Source: an uncultured Chloroflexia bacterium
Lineage (GTDB): Bacteria > Chloroflexota > Limnocylindria > Limnocylindrales > CSP1-4
Direction of reading: 5' to 3'
NCBI GenBank assembly: GCA_963823925.1
Contig: CAWGNI010000001.1
Location: 19,608-83,607, forward strand
DNA: 64,000 nt
Shown: positions 60,397 to 64,000 of the stretch, one piece after another
How the letters are laid out: each line of letters begins with the position of its first letter
Position numbering within the stretch: position 1 is the stretch's first letter
Program-made: the position numbers and the translations under genes
The notes under the pieces: model-generated
What the model saw: only the letters and a program-made list of their open reading frames with translations
The model's database searches: none
Told to the model about the DNA's origin: nothing

Positions 60397-61010
60397 GCGT
60401 CGATCAATCGTCGAACGGGCAGCATTCGACTGCAGCGTCCGCTCATGCCGACAGCCCGGCCCATAGCGCCCCGCCGGATCGGGCCCTGCCGGGCGGCGGT
60501 GCGACGGGGCGCCACATCCTGGTGGCTGTCGTGCTCAACAAGCCGGGCGTCCTGAACCGCGTCGCCAGTCTGATGCGGGCCCGCAACTTCAACATCGACT
60601 CGCTGGCCGTCAGCCACACCGACCGGGAGGACATCAGCCGGATGACGATCACCCTCCACGGAGACGATGTCGCCGTCGAGCAGGCCGCCAAGCAGCTCTA
60701 CCGGCTGATCGATGTCCTCAAGGTCCAGGACGTCACGTCCGAGCCGACCATCCAGCAGGAGCTCGCCCTGGTCAAGATCCGGGCGACCGATTCGACCCGA
60801 GCGGAAGTCCTCAAGATCGTCGAGCTGTCACGTGGCCGGGTCGTGGACCTGGCCGACGGGTCGGTCATCGTCGAGGTCACCGGGACCGAGCCCGAGGTCG
60901 ACGCGTTCGTCGCGCTGGTCCGGACCTATGGCATCAAGGAATTGGTTCGGACGGGCGCCGTCGTCATGGCGCGCGGATCCGGATCCATCGAGGAGGCGAT
61001 CAAGCGATGA
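60393..61010 (+). CDS. ilvN: Acetolactate synthase small (regulatory) subunit
   Basis: 205 aa. ACT domain [37 protein letters not shown] overlap with ilvB. About 40-aa low-complexity N-terminal extension. Confidence 0.9.
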   Translation: MSVDQSSNGQHSTAASAHADSPAHSAPPDRALPGGGATGRHILVAVVLNKPGVLNRVASLMRARNFNIDSLAVSHTDREDISRMTITLHGDDVAVEQAAKQLYRLIDVLKVQDVTSEPTIQQELALVKIRATDSTRAEVLKIVELSRGRVVDLADGSVIVEVTGTEPEVDAFVALVRTYGIKELVRTGAVVMARGSGSIEEAIKR

Positions 61011-62059
61011 CAGCGACGATGTACTACGACAACGACGCGGATCCGGCGGCCCTCGCCGGCCAGACCGTCGCGATCATCGGCTACGGCAGCCAGGGTCACG
61101 CGCACGCCCTCAACCTCCACGAGTCGGGGGTCGATGTCGTGGTCGGGCTGGCGCCCGGGTCGAAGAGCCGCCAGCTGGCGACCGATGCCGGCCTCCGGGT
61201 CGCCGACGTGCGTGACGCCGTCAAGGCCGCGGACGTGGTCATGATCCTCGTTCCGGACACGGCCCAGAAGGCGGTCTACGAGGAGGAGATCGCCCCGGAG
61301 CTGCGGCCGGGCCACCTCCTGATGTTCGCCCACGGCTTCAACATCCATTTCGGGCGGATCGATCCGCCCGCCATCGTCGACGTCGGGATGATCGCGCCGA
61401 AGGGGCCCGGCCACCTGCTTCGATCGGTCTATCGGGCCGGCGGTGGCATCCCCGCCCTGTTCGCGGTCCACCGGGACCCATCCGCAACGGCGCGCGCGAG
61501 AGTCCTCGCCTACGGCCGCGCGATCGGGTCGACCCGGGCGGGGGTCCTCGAGACGACTTTCGCCGAGGAGACCGAGACCGATCTGTTCGGCGAGCAGGCC
61601 GTCCTGTGTGGCGGCACCGCGGCGCTCGTCAAGATGGGCTTCGAGACGCTCGTGGAGGCCGGCTACCAGCCGGAACTCGCCTACTTCGAGACGATGCACG
61701 AGCTCAAGCTCATCGTCGACCTGCTCTATCGGGGCGGCTTGAACTTCATGCGCTTCAGCGTCAGCGACACGGCCGAATACGGCGACTACGTGTCGGGCCC
61801 GCGGATCATCGACGACCATGTCCGGGCGACGATGAAGCAGGTCCTGACCGAGATCCAGGACGGGACCTTCGCCCGGAACTGGATCGCCGAGAGCGAATCC
61901 GGGCGCAAGGACTTCGAGCGGATGCGCGCTGCCGATCACGACCATCTCGTGGAGCGCGTCGGTGCCAGGCTTCGCGGTCAGATGCCATTCCTCGATCCGA
62001 TCGAGGTGTCGGCCGGCCAGTCCCAGGCGTCGGCGACGACGCCGGGGGCGGCAAAATGA
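61007..62059 (+). CDS. ilvC: Ketol-acid reductoisomerase
   Basis: 350 aa with [15 protein letters not shown] and [15 protein letters not shown] overlap with ilvN. Confidence 0.95.
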   Translation: MTATMYYDNDADPAALAGQTVAIIGYGSQGHAHALNLHESGVDVVVGLAPGSKSRQLATDAGLRVADVRDAVKAADVVMILVPDTAQKAVYEEEIAPELRPGHLLMFAHGFNIHFGRIDPPAIVDVGMIAPKGPGHLLRSVYRAGGGIPALFAVHRDPSATARARVLAYGRAIGSTRAGVLETTFAEETETDLFGEQAVLCGGTAALVKMGFETLVEAGYQPELAYFETMHELKLIVDLLYRGGLNFMRFSVSDTAEYGDYVSGPRIIDDHVRATMKQVLTEIQDGTFARNWIAESESGRKDFERMRAADHDHLVERVGARLRGQMPFLDPIEVSAGQSQASATTPGAAK

Positions 62060-63693
62060 GCCCGGTACCGCGGCCCGCCGGCCCGTTCGTGGCGGCGGGC
62101 ACCGTCCGGATCTTCGACACGACCCTGCGCGACGGTGAGCAGGCTCCGGGGGCTGGTCTGACCGCTGCCGAGAAGCTCGACGTGGCGCGGCAACTGGCCC
62201 GCCTCAAGGTGGACGTCATCGAGGCGGGGTTCCCGGCTGCGTCGCCGGGGGACTTCGAAGCGGTCCGCCGGATCGCCAAGGAGACGCGCGGGGGCATCGC
62301 GGTCGCCGCCCTCGCCCGCTGCAAGGATGGCGATCCCCAGCGGGCCATCGAGGCGATCAAGGTCGCGGAACGACCTCATCTGCACGTGTTCATCGCGACC
62401 AGCGACATCCACCTCAAGCACAAGCTCCGGATCGACCGCGAGACCGCCCTGGCCGAGGCGGTTCGGTGGGTCCGGCACGGTCGGGAGCAGCTGGGCCGCG
62501 ATGCCGAGATCGAGTTCTCCGCCGAGGACGCCTCGCGGACGGACCTCGACTACCTGCTCCAGGTCTATGCAGCTGTCGTGGAAGCCGGCGCATCGACGGT
62601 CAACATCCCGGATACGGTCGGTTACGCCATCCCGTCGGAGTTCGGCGCGCTCGTCGAACGCGTCGTCCAGCTCGTCGGGGACCAGGCGACCGTGAGCGTC
62701 CACTGCCACAACGATCTGGGGCTCGCCACAGCGAACACGCTGGCCGCGGTCCAGGCCGGCGCCCGTCAGGTCGAGGTCACCATCAATGGACTCGGCGAGC
62801 GCGCCGGGAACGCCTCCCTCGAGGAGGTCGTGATGTCGCTGCGCACGCGCCCCACCCAGTTCCCGGACCTCGCGTCCGGCGTCGCCACCGAACAGCTCAC
62901 GGCGGCCAGCCGGTTGGTCAGCTACCTCACTGGCTTCGCGATCCAGCCGAACAAGGCGGTCGTCGGCGGCAATGCCTTCGCACATGAGTCGGGGATCCAC
63001 CAGGACGGCGTGATCAAGAACCCGCTGACGTACGAGATCATGACCCCGCAGTCGGTCGGGCTGTCCGGAAGTCAACTGACGATCGGCAAGCTGTCCGGTC
63101 GGCGGGGCCTCCAGGGCAAGCTCAAGGAGCTCGGGTACGACTACCAGGGCGAGGCCCTCGACGAGATCTACGCGCAGGCCGTCGCCCTCGCCGATGCCAA
63201 GAAGGAAGTCACCGACGCCGACCTGCACGCACTCGTCGAGCAGCGCTCGTCGGAGGTGCCCGCTTCGGTCGCCCTCATCGGCTGGAGTGAGACATCCTCG
63301 CACGGCGGCCACGCGACCGGATCCGTCACCGTCTCGATCGGCGGAGCGGAACGGGCCGCGGAGGCGACCGGCAACGGGCCGGTGAACGCGCTCTTCGGGG
63401 CGGTCGACCAGGCGCTGCAGCCCGTCCTCGGTTGGCATCCGATCCTGACCGAGTACGAGATCAAGGCGGTCACGGCCGGCGAAGATGCCCAGGGCCAGGT
63501 CCTGGTTCGCTGTCGACGATCGTCGGACGAGGGTCCGGGGGCGCTCGTGGTGACCGGGCACGGGTTGTCGACGAACATCATCGAGGCGTCGCTCGAGGCG
63601 TATCTCGAGGCGGTCAACAAACTCCATGGGGCCGAGATCAACGGCGTTGCGGTCGCGTTCGTCGCGCCGCGGCTCAGTGAGTCCGCCCCGTGA
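62056..63693 (+). CDS. leuA: 2-isopropylmalate synthase
   Basis: ATG 62056 inside ORF 61606..63693. [39 protein letters not shown], and a C-terminal LeuA dimerisation/regulatory domain. ATGA overlap with ilvC. Confidence 0.95.
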   Translation: MSPVPRPAGPFVAAGTVRIFDTTLRDGEQAPGAGLTAAEKLDVARQLARLKVDVIEAGFPAASPGDFEAVRRIAKETRGGIAVAALARCKDGDPQRAIEAIKVAERPHLHVFIATSDIHLKHKLRIDRETALAEAVRWVRHGREQLGRDAEIEFSAEDASRTDLDYLLQVYAAVVEAGASTVNIPDTVGYAIPSEFGALVERVVQLVGDQATVSVHCHNDLGLATANTLAAVQAGARQVEVTINGLGERAGNASLEEVVMSLRTRPTQFPDLASGVATEQLTAASRLVSYLTGFAIQPNKAVVGGNAFAHESGIHQDGVIKNPLTYEIMTPQSVGLSGSQLTIGKLSGRRGLQGKLKELGYDYQGEALDEIYAQAVALADAKKEVTDADLHALVEQRSSEVPASVALIGWSETSSHGGHATGSVTVSIGGAERAAEATGNGPVNALFGAVDQALQPVLGWHPILTEYEIKAVTAGEDAQGQVLVRCRRSSDEGPGALVVTGHGLSTNIIEASLEAYLEAVNKLHGAEINGVAVAFVAPRLSESAP

Positions 63694-64000
63694 CCACGGC
63701 TCGGCCCAGCTACCAGATCGCCACGATCCCCGGCGATGGTGTCGGGCCGGAGGTCGTGTCGGCCACCCGTCGCGTCGTCGACGCCGCCGGTCGGCGGTTC
63801 GATTTTGCTGTCGACTGGTCCGAGTACCTCGTCGGTGGCGCGGCGATCGATGCCTTCGGCGTCGCCATCCGAGCGGAGGACGTCGTGGCCTGCGGCGCCG
63901 CCGATGCGATCCTCCTGGGTGCGGTCGGCGGTCCGCGATGGTCCGACCCGAGCGCGACCGTCCGGCCGGAACAGGCGCTGTTCGCACTTCGTGGCGGGCT
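63690..64000 (+). CDS. leuB: 3-isopropylmalate dehydrogenase, first 103 codons (runs off the right edge)
   Basis: GTGA overlap with the leuA stop. [23 protein letters not shown]...LLGAVGGPRWSDP is a typical LeuB N-terminus. Not in the ORF track because there is no stop in the window. Confidence 0.9.
   Translation, partial: MTTARPSYQIATIPGDGVGPEVVSATRRVVDAAGRRFDFAVDWSEYLVGGAAIDAFGVAIRAEDVVACGAADAILLGAVGGPRWSDPSATVRPEQALFALRGG

Noticed and set aside
61978-63987. 669-aa minus-strand ORF
   Set aside because: Antisense to leuA/leuB, which are unambiguous.

Overview
High-GC bacterial chromosomal window (GC judged by eye; strong GC3 bias, many GTG/TTG starts, frequent 4-nt ATGA/GTGA gene overlaps). 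The gene content looks actinobacterium-like (MarP/Rv3671c-type protease, PPK2, a fabD-KAS-KAS block), but I cannot assign a taxon. I support about 55 protein genes and found no rRNA, tRNA, CRISPR array, transposase or integrase.

Genes from left to right:
- Left end: partial threonine dehydratase, a DksA-like protein, a YHS copper protein, a PotABCD-like ABC importer, and a cupredoxin lipoprotein coupled to a ferredoxin.
- Next: proC, an S9 peptidase, and the homogentisate pathway genes hppD, an FAH-family gene and hmgA.
- A large secreted BNR/Asp-box protein and a PA-domain subtilase.
- korAB bracketed by CBS-domain proteins, then an M24 aminopeptidase.
- A roughly 3.1-kb lower-GC insertion flanked by 60-bp perfect direct repeats, carrying one 835-aa membrane protein.
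- A co-directional cluster: PPK2, a perfect 8x17-aa repeat protein, an MFS::cNMP-binding fusion, CRP, a GAF protein and a small cytosolic S8 peptidase.
- Then ogt, copA, the FAS-II genes, and at the right end ilvD, leuCD and ilvBNC-leuAB.

Main caveat: at least 23 single-base frame disruptions break 12 otherwise recognisable genes. Nearly all read as one extra base, which looks like an assembly or sequencing artefact, though real gene decay cannot be excluded from the sequence alone.

Most interesting items:
- the repeat-protein / cNMP / S8 cluster;
- the direct-repeat-flanked island;
- a 17-bp palindrome shared by the YHS and copA genes;
- a terminator-type attenuator in front of ilvB.

Many long ORFs in the track are antisense shadows of real genes and were discarded.
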